From assembly GCF_964355755.1 (NCBI RefSeq), contig NC_092670.1, positions 34,150,388 to 34,214,387 on the forward strand: 64,000 bases of DNA, in the 5' to 3' direction. Shown here piece by piece: positions 30,001 to 41,556 of this stretch. Every line of letters begins with the position of its first letter. Position 1 is the first letter of the stretch. The notes beneath the pieces were generated by a model, which saw only the letters and a list, made by a program, of their open reading frames with translations, was not told the origin of the DNA and did not search any database. The DNA is from Antedon mediterranea. Lineage: Eukaryota; Animalia; Echinodermata. A program made the translations under genes and the position numbers.

Positions 30001-33000
30001 AACCAATACAGACAACAAACAAATTTTCACCACAGGTGGTGAAGTCAAAAAACAATTTTAAATTAAAGCAGGCTTTCCAACAATACAAAGTAGTTGATAA
30101 TTCTATACAAAAAATGTGGGGACCATCATTACTCTCACACACTTAGGATCTCCAGTGTGTATGCTATTTGGTTTATCATTTTAGAAAAGTGGGCAGGTGG
30201 AGAATTACTTTGAGGGATGGGACTGGATCCAGGCTTATCAAATAACTCCATTAAATACTTTGTCCTGTTATAGGTCCTTTTCTGCAGTGCAAAAACATAA
30301 CCGTAATAATAACTGTGTGATTAAATTAACCCCAATTTCTTGGGAGCATAACCGGTTAAATGGCAGCCTGAAAATAACGGTGAAAAAAAAACAAACGATT
30401 CGGTGTTAGCACGTTGTTTAACCAGCTTTTAGCTGCAATGCGAAAAAAATGGTTATTTGATTGACATTTGCTATCAACTATACTGTAGTAATGTTTGAAT
30501 TGACTGCCAGTGACCATTGCATTTTGGGTACAGCTAACAATTTCCATCGACGACCACCCGCTGACTCAAAGTTATTGAGTTATAAAATTAAGCAGAAATA
30601 CATTCGGTATAAAAATTATATTTTAAATCTATTTTGAAATAAATGATTTATTCAGCAGCGCTATGCAGCAGAAACAGAGAGAAGGGGTACATTGATTTTG
30701 CCATTCTATTCTTTTCCACTAAATAAAATACAACTTTGACAAACACTTACTTTTCTCGCAATGCACTCCTGTATATCGATGTCCACATATACAAGAATAT
30801 CTGTCATTTAACAGAATGCATTTTCCGCCATTTACACACGGACATCCAGAACCTGAGGGTGGATTTACAGCCCCTGGAGACGGGGTTCCATCTTCTCCAA
30901 TACGAGACTGAATTGTTGCACCTTCTAAATAAAACAAAAATAAAATTAATATAAATAATAAGGCCCCTATGATTTTTTATAAGGAATTTTTTTTTTTTTG
31001 TCAAAGGACGGTTTCTACTAACAATACGTTATTATAAAATGAATATTCATTTATTTAACAGTGTTTACAGTGGTGTAATGGCTATGAGAGTTCACTGGCT
31101 AAAGCCAGGGGCTCCGGAGCTTATGGAGGCCCCTGAGCAGTGCCCAGAGGAAAAAACAGGCATTAAAATATGACAAAAAGGCTAAAAACGCCCGAGGCCT
31201 CCACTTATATTCCTAAACCAGGGGCTTTAGATATCTATGTTATGCCACTGGGGGATTACTACAGGAATTTAAAATATTAAAATTGACAGACATACGCATG
31301 AGCGTTCTTGCTTCTACGGCCTCAGAATATGAACTTTGACCAGCAGCGTTAAATGCAACTACGTATACTGTGTAACTTGTGTCTTGTGCAAGGTTTAGTA
31401 AATCCACATAACTTTGTTCCGAATCTGATACCGTAATATATTTGTCTTCATTATCCACCTGGTAAATTACCCGGAATCCAAGAAGCACTCCATTCAAATC
31501 GTCTCTGTGTGGTTTCTATGACAACAACAATTGGAATCAAATTTTGATTTAGTACTCAGTTGTGAATCCAGAGGGTGGGAGTGAGCAGATGTTACATCCT
31601 CTGCACACCCTCCCTATAATCAGAAATTCATATTTACACACAATCAATAATGACGTTTGAAATACAACAATTGAAATGTAATATGCTAGCTAGACCATTT
31701 CCTGCAGTGGTTACTTAACCACAGTTTAAATGTTTCAATCATATTACCAATAGAGATAAACTATATTTGTAATTATAAATGTTCTTAATAGTGTGAGTAT
31801 TAATGTTTTGTTTTTTTTTACTTACCCTCCAGCGAACTCGGATTTTTGTGGCAGATTTTGCTTTTGCAGACACCTCTCTTGGTGGACTTGAGGGCGCTAA
31901 ACATACAATGTAAATAGAAATGTCATTGGGAGACACAATCAGATGTACAGTAATAAAACAACTAGATTTCGATAATCAGTTATTATTGTATTCTCTTTTA
32001 TGTAATGTCATATTGTCATAGCATGAATCTGAATCCGATTTGAAGTCGTCCAAAACCTTATTACGGCAAGTTGGTTACACAATGTTCTGTTTTCAAGTTT
32101 TGGAAAAACGCTCTACACAAAAATGGTGGAAAGAACAATATTAAATTGAAAAGAAAAAGATCCTTAACAATCACAGGAAAGTCTTCTGAATAGGGTATTC
32201 ATCATAAAAGAGGATTCAAAAGTACTGTAGTTTGATTTTTATCAGAATATAATAACAAAACATTTTTCGTACCCATTTCTGGAATAATGACATCATTGCT
32301 GGGTTCACTAGCTCTACTGTCACCTGCAATATTGATCGCAATCAATCGGAATTTGTACGTCGCTCCTGGTTGAAGTGATGTCACCTCGTGTGATCGTTCA
32401 TTTCCAAATATGGATGCCTTCACCCGTTTATAAGATTTTGCTTAAATGTAAAAATTGATTATGAGGCCTAGGTCCTAAAAGAAAACAGTTTTGATTTTCC
32501 TTCCTTCCTCATCCCAGCCACATTAGAATACAAAATAGGCCTACCCTATAGCCTGGCTAGCCAGTGTCTAGCTAGGCCTAGCTAGGCCTATTATCTATCT
32601 AATCTAGGCCTGACCTAGCTAAGCTAGGTTGAGTGGGCCTACCTTAGCCTAGGCTTGGCTAAACTTTAGGGGACTAGGCCTATACCTAGGATAGGAGGCC
32701 TAAATATAATAAGTAAGTATAGCCTAAATAAGGGCCTAGCTAGAGAGGGCCTAGCTAGACCAGGTCTAGTAGTGGGGCCTAGGGCTAGGCCTAGGTAGGC
32801 CTATCTAGGCTATACTATTTAGTATTTACCGGTAATGCTTAGCTAGGAATATCTCACTCTAAACTCTGTGTTACGACCTAATTAGCTAGGCCTACAAGCT
32901 TATGGATAGACAAATGTATTAGTGTAATAACTATATGATGGGCTACAGTTATTTAAATTGAGTTTGAGTTTAACATTGCGTTAAGTTAAAACTGTTTTGA

Positions 33001-36000
33001 TTTTAGCGCTGCTTGACCTGGATGGTCATGGATGGATGGATGATGGATGTATGGTCGATTTTGTTGACGCCCTCTACAAAAAGAAACTTTTTCACTCTTC
33101 CTTTTTTAGGCGCAGCTCTGGAATGGAATTTTCTTCTTTTTTCTTTGGCATAATAATTAAAGAAAGTAAATACGTTACATCTGTAGTTACTTATTACCCA
33201 ATTAACACATGGAGAAAATGAGGTTTACATTCGAGTCCGTAATGAAACCGCTCAAGATAGAATTGTGACGTGCCGTACAGCCACCCACCCGGGCCCATTT
33301 TCACCCTCCGTTTAACCTTGAAAATACTGTATTAGTATATTAACAACAGTAGAAACTTACTGTTCATCTTATACTCCAGAGTATACTCCTCAGGTTGACT
33401 GGATTTCTTTGTTGAATATTGAGACCACTCTATAAGAATTGTTCTAATATCGCCAGCAACAGCTGTTGCTGTCACAGATACTGGTGCTGCAGGTTTTCCT
33501 TTAGAAATAAAATGAGAATATCTAATATCAGTAAAAAGACAAAACAGTATAATATAAAAATTTTATTTTTGATTTTTTTTCTTTTGGTCGTTTAAAGAAA
33601 CTTTCACTCCGATAAGATGCAAAAGTACACAGTATGTCCTTTATATTTGTAAACAGGAACGAGTAGTGTTCAATATTAAAGGGGGTATGGGTGAAAATCT
33701 GACCCATACCACAACCTCCACCCCTTGACAGCTAAAGTGAAATTACGAACTCTTACCGTACTTTATTTTTATGTCAGTGCTCCTCCGTTTAATATTATTT
33801 ATTTTAAGCAATGTCAAGGAATAGTTATAATTATATCGAGGCACATTATGTGTGTAATGGTGCATCAATGCAAAATGTTCCCTCCCCCTCTTTCTGATAT
33901 AATAGTGGCTGTTGAATAGGGAAAGTAGGAGGCCGAGTTTACACACTTGGATGAGTTTGTTTGTTTGTTTGTTTGTTTGTTTTTATTGATTTTCCACACA
34001 AAATGAATATGATAATTAAGTAACAATAAACATATATATATATACAAGAAAGATGTGTGGCTGGTGGGCAAATAAGTTCAAAGAACTTTAAGGCTTACCC
34101 ACCAGAAAAGATACAATAAACATTATCAAGTATAACGAGTAATTAATACATAGTAAGAATATAAAATAAGAAGTAAAAATACATAAGTAAAATAAAAAAT
34201 TTAGAAAAGTAAATAAATAAGAAAAACAGAGTATAAGTTATTAAAATGAATCATAAGTGTTTTAAACTTTAGCATTTGCACAAGTAATAATAAGTTAATA
34301 ATAATAATAAATACGTAGTATTTAAGTACCGTACTAATAAATTATTTATTATATTCAGAGACTAAAAGCTTTTTGTAGTTGTATTTAAAACTAGAGACTG
34401 TACATTTTTTTTTTAACTCTTGTGAGATAACTCTCCAGAGCTTAGGTCCAACATAAAAAACAGAGTGACGACGGGGCTTATAAAACGACTTATCAGGAAT
34501 AAAATTATTTATCGAACTTCTAGTGTTATGTGTATGACCTTCAGCAGTTTTTGAAAATAGAGAACTTATATGAAAAGGCAAGATATTTTTAGATAAGCGG
34601 AACATAAATAGAGCTATCTGAAGCTTATTCAAATCATAAATGTTTAGAACGTTAAGCTTATAAAAAAGTAATTTCGAATGTGATCTATAAGATTGCCCTG
34701 CACAAATACGTAAAGCACGTTTTTGTAATTTGAACAAGCAGTCAATATGGGTAGTCTCATTACTAAGCCATGGGCACAATGTATCGAACTTATCTAAGGT
34801 AACGGCCCAACTTAAATTAATATATGAAAGATAAGGTAAAACTAAGACATTGTATAATGTGAGTAGGATTTGTTGAGGGAGTAGATGTTTAAGTTTGTTA
34901 ATTATACCTATGTTTCTAGCGATCAAGCTACTGGTTGTATTAATATGTTGCTTCCATGTCAAATTTGAGTCAATAATGACACCAAGGAACTTGATTTCAT
35001 GAACATGGTTAATTAGCATTTTATCAATGTATATATTTTTATCTGTTTTTGTTTTGGCTTTAGGTTTTGAAAAAATAATGTAATTGGTTTTGGATATGTT
35101 AAGAATTAATTTGTTGCATTTTAACCAGTTTGATATGTTACAAAGTTCATTGTTCATGATATTAAATAAAGTGTTAAGATTAGAATGTGAATAAAATATG
35201 TTAGTATCATCGGCAAAAAGAATAAATTTGAGTATTCTAGAGCTGGAGGGTATGTCGTTAACGAAAATAGAAAATAAAAGTGGGCCTACGATTGAGCCTT
35301 GGGGAACTCCACATGTAATAAGTGAGTAACTAGAAGTAAAGGAATTGACAGAGGTAAATTGGTAACGATTAGATAGATAACTTGTAATGAGTTGGAGAGG
35401 AAGGCCTCTGACTCCATAATGTCTAAGTTTATATAGAAGGATATCATGGTTAAATGGTGTCAAATGCCTTTGACAAGTCAAGGAAAAGTCCAATAGTAAA
35501 TTTATCATTACTTAGGGCTTTAGTTATAATAATTATCATAAATGTCTAATAAAGCAAGATTCGTTGAGAAGTTTTTCCTAAATCCATACTGATGTTCAAA
35601 TAATATATTGTGCCTGTTAAAAAAAGGACGAGAATCTAATATAAATAGTTAGTTAGCAATCCAAAAGGTGGGACATCGACAGGAACAAATTTAAAACACT
35701 CCTTAATCACTGGATTACCGTGGATTATCATCGAAGGCTCATGGATTAGCAAACCACACCCAATTAGCTTTTAATTCTCTGATAATATTTAAAGATAGTG
35801 TTACCGTCAAATTTAATAAAATGTCTATATTACATTGCATACAATAACTGCTTGTCAATTATGTATATTAAATTACTCATTTTTTAGATTTAGTCATCGT
35901 ACGTATTGATTAGGACGTGTGGTGTGACGCTTTAGACAGTCATAGACAATCGGTCAGTTTAATCAGTTAAGGTTACTGTCTCGACGTTTCAGGTGATCAT

Positions 36001-37387
36001 TCAAATCAATATGGTTATTGAATCAGTCATTTTAGCAAAATTATTTAGCAATCAGTCAGTTTATTTTATCAGTCGACCAGTCAGCTTTTAGTGGTCAGTC
36101 AGTCAACCAGTCAGTTTAGTAAGTCAGCATCAGTCAGTTTATTTAGTCAGTCGACCAGTTAATTTAGTCAGTCAACTAGTCAGTTTACCTGTCAGTTTAT
36201 TTTGTCAGTAAACCAGTCACTTTTAGTCAGCCAACCAGTCAGTTTATTTAGTCAGTAAACCAGTCAGTTTTAGTCAGCCAACCAGTCAGCTTATTTAGTA
36301 AGTCAACCAGTCAGTTTTAGTCAGCCAACCAGTCAGTTTATTTAGTCAGTCAACCAGTCAGCTTTAATTAGCCAACCAGTCATTTTATTTTGTCAGCCTA
36401 CCAGTCAGTTTATTTTGTCAGTCAACCAGTTAGTTTATTTTGTCAGTCAATCAGTCAGTTTATTTTGTCAGTAAACCAGTCAATTTAGTCTGTCAACTAG
36501 TCAATTCAGTCAGCCAACCAGTTAGTTCAGTTCATTCATAATTGTTCATATTTTGGGGGACAATACATATTAATATAATGGACCTAGATTATTCATGTTT
36601 CCATGGTTCTTGCAATCTCGGTCATTTAAACTGTCAACTAACAAAATGCATGATTTGTGATGAATGATTAATAACCGTTTAATCAATTAATCGATAACTG
36701 ACCGATACTCACCAACACTACAAGTTACTCCTGCAAATCCAGTTTTACATTCACATTCAAACACTCCAACTCCGTTTCCAGGGGTACAAGTTCCACCATT
36801 TTCACAAGGACTTGATTCACACGAACTTTCTGTTATAATTATACAAATTCATAAATTTTGTCATAATGTAAAGCTTGGTTTTCATTTGGACGTATACACC
36901 TCTGTCTACACTATCAAACTATTTTGATGACAAACATAAATAAGCCTATAATGTGGAAATCGATAATAAAATTTGGGAAGGAGGGTCGCTTATCCTAAAC
37001 AAACATTTTCTACGTATACCGGCCTAATGGGCTAAAAATGTAAATCAAGTATAGTATGTCGTATGCGATAATATCATATCATTCATAGGCCTACAGGAAG
37101 TATTCTGTGATCGATGTCCCGTCTAGAAAGATCGTTATTAACCTGGCCAAAACATAGATAGGCCTACAACAGCGGTAATAATTGGACTATGGCCACATCC
37201 AATGACCAGCTAACACAAACATCAGGCACATAAGTGTATATATTTAGTTGACAAATTACAGTTACGAACAAAAATATTCCTAGCATCAAACTATAAAAGT
37301 TCACTTACGATCTGCAGTCACGTGTCCTGGTACAAGAATAGTAGCATATAAAACGCTAATAACCAGATACAAACAACCGTTAAACAT
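1..37387 (-). CDS. Large multi-exon secreted or cell-surface protein: signal peptide, EGF, 2 FN3, about 25 more EGF-like and 9 Sushi/CCP modules; 3' end lies beyond the left edge
   Basis: Exons read by GT-AG and frame, 5'->3': signal 37309-37387 ([26 protein letters not shown]); EGF 36713-36829; FN3 33361-33498 + 32273-32440; FN3 31826-31896 + 31296-31515; EGF 30751-30924, 29848-29958, 29188-29313, 28472-28594, 27490-27651, 26721-26885, 26059-26214, 25252-25449, 22041-22175, 21405-21524, 21152-21271, 20417-20602; CCP 19243-19404; EGF 18568-18780, 17923-18114, 17328-17507; CCP 16260-16421, 15572-15733; EGF 15252-15392; CCP 14634-14795, 13995-14150; EGF 13673-13813; CCP 11358-11519, 10738-10896; EGF 9261-9455, 8249-8380, 7056-7250, 5454-5585; CCP 4132-4296, 3516-3680; EGF 1937-2071, 1316-1420, 875-1009, <1-63. 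Nearly all introns are phase 1; Cys spacing matches EGF (CxxxPCxNGGxC..CxC..GxxC) and CCP (C..NG..C..GY.L.G....C.DG....P.C). Confidence 0.9.
1578..1877. repeat. 17-bp minisatellite (AGAGCTTCAAGCCCAAG), about 17 copies
   Basis: Direct tandem repeat, intronic. Confidence 0.95.
4556..5400 (-). mobile_element. Related Helitron-like element on the opposite strand; far end approximate
   Basis: 4556-4615 matches the reverse complement of the 3' end of the 6458-7043 element; internal about 200-bp duplication at 4650-4850 and 4925-5120. Confidence 0.5.
6458..7043 (+). mobile_element. Non-autonomous Helitron/Helentron-like element (586 bp)
   Basis: Sub-terminal IR ACCTCCGCC/GGCGGAGGT; 3' hairpin GTACTC-TCG-GAGTAC followed by CTAG; inserted at A|T with no TSD relative to the empty paralogous site CCTTCA|TATTGTAC at 9243-9256. 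Confidence 0.75.
10315..10607 (+). mobile_element. tRNA-derived SINE
   Basis: A-box-like GTGGCACAGTG, B-box GGTTCGAATCC, body GCCTCTCTCCACCCAGGTGTATAAATGGG, (ATT)n tail; 3' part recurs at about 3905-3950. Confidence 0.7.
12244..12642 (+). repeat. Triplicated about 130-150-bp unit ending AATAAAT(GAATT)n, probably a LINE/SINE 3' end
   Basis: CGCCAGA.TGGTG.CAGTTTTCTT...AAAAATAAATGAATTGAATTG repeated three times. Confidence 0.8.
13157..13646. mobile_element. hAT-type MITE with 8-bp TSD
   Basis: Imperfect TIR CAGTGA..TGTAA..GCC.AAGGCT; TSD GTTAAAAT on both sides; empty site at about 15227 in the paralogous intron. Confidence 0.85.
16932..17215 (+). mobile_element. tRNA-derived SINE nested in a small TIR element (about 16838-17282)
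   Basis: GAGTGGCCGAGCGGTTAAGA head, GCACTTTAAAGAACC core, A-rich tail; fragments also at about 19120-19215, and the same head on the minus strand at about 9800-9835. Confidence 0.65.
19722..20266. mobile_element. TTAA-flanked MITE (Kolobok-like)
   Basis: TTAA-AGATGTATTGTCCC...GGCACAATACATCT-TTAA. Confidence 0.8.
21622..21771. mobile_element. Harbinger-like MITE with TAA TSD; family also at about 20983-21111, 25530-25696, 27378, 36900, 57890-58395, 3400-3492
   Basis: TAA-AGCCTTGTCTACAC...GTGTAGACAAGGCT-TAA. Confidence 0.7.
22298..24562. repeat. 54-bp minisatellite, about 42 near-identical copies
   Basis: Unit AGAGACCACAGTGAACATAATGAGTATGAGACTCTTCTAGCTGTTGGTATCATT. Confidence 0.98.
24690..24900 (+). 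mobile_element. Degenerate tRNA-derived SINE
   Basis: GTAGCC.TGTGGTTAAGAC A box, GGGTTCAATTCC B box, CTCAGCTGTAAATGAGTAC core. Confidence 0.5.
25530..25696. mobile_element. Harbinger-like MITE with TAA TSD
   Basis: TAA-AGCTCTGTCTACACTA...TATTGTAGACAGAGCT-TAA. Confidence 0.7.
29391..29667. mobile_element. Small TIR element
   Basis: Terminal ACCCTTTTCA / TGAAAAGGGT. Confidence 0.4.
32462..32900. repeat. Low-complexity array of TAGGCCTA / AGCTAG palindromes
   Basis: More than 15 AGGCCT and CTAG words in about 430 bp. Confidence 0.7.
33958..35654 (-). mobile_element. 5'-truncated non-LTR retrotransposon (CR1/L2-like), RT C-terminal ORF 34342-35508
   Basis: [28 protein letters not shown] motifs; (CAAA)n tail; AGTT duplicated at both ends; empty site at about 60295 in the paralog. 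Confidence 0.92.
36040..36530. repeat. Degenerate 20-25-bp satellite (GTCAGTCAACCAGTCAGTTTATTTT)
   Basis: Tandem variants; homolog expanded at 58-60 kb. Confidence 0.9.
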
Positions 37388-37429
37388 CTTTGTTAACGCC
37401 TTTTAAACTAATTAACATTAAGTACTCCA

Positions 37430-37853
37430 CTCTTCTCAGCTCACGACCTTTCCAAAGAGTGAGCTTATAAAGAAACGAAAAGAAAAAGTTGGCAGAGCTT
37501 GCAACGGAAACGGGTTTCCGGTGTTCATAACGGAACATCGATGGCCTGGATCTTAATTGGTATTATGATATATAATAATTTAATATTACTTAATCTTTTA
37601 ATTACTAATTACAAGGCACGCCTTTTATTGGCTAGTGAAAAGAATATCTATGGCGCGATTTAAATAGCCAGTCTTCCAAGTGGCGGCCCTGTGAGCCCTC
37701 CCCAAACTTAATCCGTCAGTGGTCAAAAACTTACGGTACTAAACTTGGCCGTATTATCGGCTCTGTTCTACGGTTGCATTGACCAATCGGTTAATTCATT
37801 AAACAATTTTTATTTTCTAAATGATTTCCTTTTGAAATAATGCACTTTCTTCT
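37430..37853 (-). promoter_or_regulatory. Putative promoter of the EGF/CCP/FN3 gene
   Basis: About 470 bp upstream of the ATG is conserved in the inverted duplicate (56917-57356). It holds a TATAAG near 37465, three CGGAA (ETS-core) motifs at 37505-37536 and CCAAT motifs. Confidence 0.45.
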
Positions 37854-38059
37854 TAAAAGATATATTGATTGATTGATTTTGTCAGAATCTTTTATTATTT
37901 ATATTAGGCCTATTATATGATAGGATCTTGCTTACGCAAATACAATAGCTGGTATCACAATCCGATCAAAGATCCCTGTGTGTAGAATATCATAAACCAC
38001 ATTTGTTACATTAATTAAATTTCAATATAAATCATGTGTATAATCTATAGGCCTACACT

Positions 38060-40163
38060 AAGAAATAAAATTGAACAAATTTAGCAAACTGCGTAACAAT
38101 AAAGGAGGTGGTATTATTGATAACATAATCAACGAATACTTTAAAAACAGCCCTGTTGAATTAATTGAATTAATTACTCGATTGTTTAACTTGATTCTTG
38201 ATTCGGGTGTTGTGTCACAAGGCTGGTGCATCGGAATTATTGTGCCAATCTACAAAAAGAAGGGTTCCCCCAATGATCCTGATAACTATCGAGGGATCAC
38301 CCTATTTAGCATTATGGGGAAATTGTTTACGGCAACTATATTAACAATCGACTCTCTTCTTACATCGAAGGTGCAGGTATTATGGGCGAAGAACAAGCAG
38401 GATTTAGGGATGGGTACTCAACTAATGATAATATACTAGTTTTACACTCCATAATTGAATTATATTTAAACAAACACAAAAGGTTGTTTTGCGCATTCAT
38501 TGACTATAAGAAAGCGTTCGACTTAGTTGACAGATCGTTTTTGTGGACCAAATTAATTTCATGTGGCAAAAACGGTAAAGTTATTACTGTTATTTATAAT
38601 AAATGTATGCAACGGCCAAGTCTTGTGTCAAATTGAATGGTTTAATTTCCGATTGTTTCCCATGTAATATTGGAGTACGACAAGGGGAAAACTTATCACC
38701 ACTTTTGTTTGCGATTTACCTTTATGATTTTGAATGTTTTGTTAGTCGTTACTATAAAGGTCTAGATTACATACAAAGAATTCAACAAGGTTTTAAGTGA
38801 TGATGATGTAGAAGTTTTCCTCAAATTATATGTTTTATTGTATGCGGATGATACAATTGTTATGGCAGAAAGTCCCACAGAACTTCAGAATGCATTAAAA
38901 GCTATTCATAACTATCGTGGTATGTGGAACCTCACAGTTAACACGACAACAACATATATTATTATTTTCTCTAGAGGTAAAGTTAGAAATAAACCCATGT
39001 TTATGTTTGGTGATGAACAAATTGAGATTGTAGATGATTACATTTATTTAGAGACAGCCTTTAATTTTAATGGCAAATTTAATAAACCTATTGACAAGCA
39101 GGTAACACAAGCCAAAAGAGCAATGTACAGTATGTTAACAAAAGCCAAACAATTAAATCTTCCGTTAGACATTGTGTGTGAACTCTTTGACCAGCTCGTT
39201 TTGCCAATTTTGGTAATGTGGTTACGAAATTTGGGGATTCCAAAAGCTTGATCGGATCGAGGTCTTTTACAGGAAATGTTTTAAGCATTTTCTCAAACTA
39301 AATAAATCCACTGCAATTTGCATGGTTTATGGTGAATTCGGTAGAGTAAACATTATATTAGGAATTGATAAAAGAGTGTTCAGTTTTGGGTACGCATCAT
39401 AAGTAGCAAACAAAGCAAATTGTCAAATATTATGTTCAGGTTGCTAAAAAAATACATGATCAGGGAATTTATCTCTTGCAATGGACTAGCAAAATTCAAA
39501 ATATACTCAACAATATTGTGGTATGCCCAAAATGTGGAATGATTCGATAATTTTAATAAAAAATTGTTATCTAAGAGTATTAATCTCCGATTGAGTGACA
39601 TCTCAAAACAGAAATGGCGCCATGATGTTTTTCCTAATTATGTGTGATAACTATAGATATTTTAAGGATATTTTAGTATTTGAACAGTCATTAATTTTAC
39701 TAAAAGATAATGAAAGGATGATCTCTGCATGTTCAGATGGGGAAATCATCGACTTCCAATATCTAAAATATACAGTAATGAACACGAAACCAAATGTACT
39801 TTATGTAACCAAAACGATACTGGAGACGAATATCACTATTTATTTATTTTCCCCTTACTTGTTCTCATGCGCCAAATATACATTCAAAGGTATTATATCA
39901 CCCGCCGAAATAGAACCAAAATGCACCAATTAGGCTACTTAATACCAGATCCGAAAAAAAACTATCAAACTTAGCTAAATTTATTCATGAAATTTAATAT
40001 GTTTTAGTTAGATGTTGCTTTTCGATATATCAATTATGTATAAGACCAAATATTTATGTGTGGAAGTGTTTAATTTGTTTCTGTATAAGATTGAAAGAAT
40101 GTTCTTTCATACCCTGAAAAAGGGTCGATAAAGAAATAAAGAATCATTGTCATTGTCATTGTC
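38060..40163 (+). mobile_element. Degenerate LINE ORF2 with frameshifts
   Basis: IVPIYKKKG..DPDNYRGITL, EEQAGFR, AFIDYKKAFD, GVRQGENLSPLLF, LYADD and C-terminal CTLCNQNDTGDEYHY spread over frames; (CATTGT)n tail. Confidence 0.92.
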
Positions 40164-40319
40164 TTAATATTAGTAAAAAGATATTTTGGCACATATGATT
40201 TTGGATACTTCAGACAGAAATCGAAATAAAAACAAATAAATTTAAAAAAAGACAATGAATACAGACTTGGTAAGTCTACTATTATAAGTACATCACTATC
40301 GATACACTTCAGTGATTTT

Positions 40320-40450
40320 ATCACGTGCATTTAAGTTTAGTAGTATCACGTGAGTTGGATCACATGTGTATTCATCACATGACTCTAAACGACTCGGACT
40401 CGGTGTTTCGCAGTTGAGTTTTCTTTTTTGTTGGTGAAACATCGGTATGT
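40320..40450 (+). promoter_or_regulatory. CLEAR/M-box (MiT/TFE) E-box cluster and probable non-coding first exon of cathepsin B
   Basis: TCACGTGC (40321), TCACGTGA (40346), TCACATGT (40360) and TCACATGAC (40375) lie within 65 bp. A donor ATCG|GTATGT follows at 40444/40445; acceptor CAG at 42339-42341 lies just before the ATG. Confidence 0.65.
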
Positions 40451-40667
40451 ATCAGTTCAGGGTTTCTTTGTTTTGTATGTAAGAAAATTAATTCCACTGC
40501 TGCCGATGGGACTTGTTTGAAGTTGAGTGGCATACACAGATGGGAAAGCTGACTGTGTATTATTAGATAGTGTCTGTAGTAGATAGGTAATGATAAATGA
40601 TTGTCTACACCAACCAACTGTGTGCACCATAAGCATAGCCTAACTAGCTAGGCCTAGTAAAATAGTA

Positions 40668-41556
40668 CATGTGTTATGCGCGATTTGAACGATTTGCGCA
40701 ATTTGAAATTGCGCAAAAAAATCCTTGCGCAATTTGAAATTGCGCAAAGAATTCTTGCGCAATTTAAAATTGCGCAAGGATTTTTTTGCGCAATTTCAAA
40801 TTGCGCAATCAACTTGCGCAATTTCAAATTGCGCAAGAAAATCTTTGCGCAATTTTAAATTGCGCTGCACAATTTGTAAATTGCGCAAGATAGTTCTTGC
40901 GCAATATGACACCTTTGCGCAATTTGAAAACGAACTGTAAATTTTCAAATTGCGCAACAAAATTCTACCAGACAACGGTATTATAATAATTTATTGGAAA
41001 CTAAATAACTCAAAATAAAACATAATAAATGCGAAGATAACATGTGTATAATAAATGCATAACATTTATTATTACAATTAAATAATATTATCACTGTAAC
41101 TTGAAATAAATCAAAATAAATGAAAAAATTAAGTTTTTAATATTAGTTTAAGCTAGGCCATATGTAACCTAGTCAGTATCAGTAGTCCAGACCCTAGCTA
41201 GGCTAGAGTAGTATAGCCGGCCGCCCGCGCCGCGCCCGCCTGGTGGAACACCACCGCTTCGTTTTCCTTCGTCGGTTCTTCGACGGTATGCTAACTTATA
41301 ACAATATTTGCACTACTAAAATAAGGAAATGCAATATTTATCTTTAATTTTGAATCATTCTTAGAAATTACTATATAAATATGGGTGTGCATGATTTCAC
41401 AATCTGTCGAAAAACCTTGCGCAGTTTGCAGATTACTTGCGCAATTTAATACGTTGCTTGCGCAATTTGAAACACATGTTTCAATTCAAATTGCGCAAGG
41501 ATTTTTTTTGCGCAATTTCAAATTGCGCAAATCGTTCAAATCGCGCATAACACATG
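40668..41556. mobile_element. TA-flanked foldback MITE with about 70-bp TIRs and about 20 TTGCGCAA palindromes
   Basis: TA-CATGTGTTATGCGCGATTTGAACGATTTGCGCAA...TTGCGCAAATCGTTCAAATCGCGCATAACACATG-TA. Confidence 0.88.

Noticed and set aside
1-37387. Naming the gene Notch, SNED1, SVEP1 or fibropellin
   Set aside because: Domain order does not match; no LNR, ankyrin, NIDO, vWA, pentraxin, CUB or avidin domain is visible in the window.
40654-40940. Repetitive ORFs LRNLKLRK / AQFEIAQ
   Set aside because: Translations of MITE sub-terminal palindromes.
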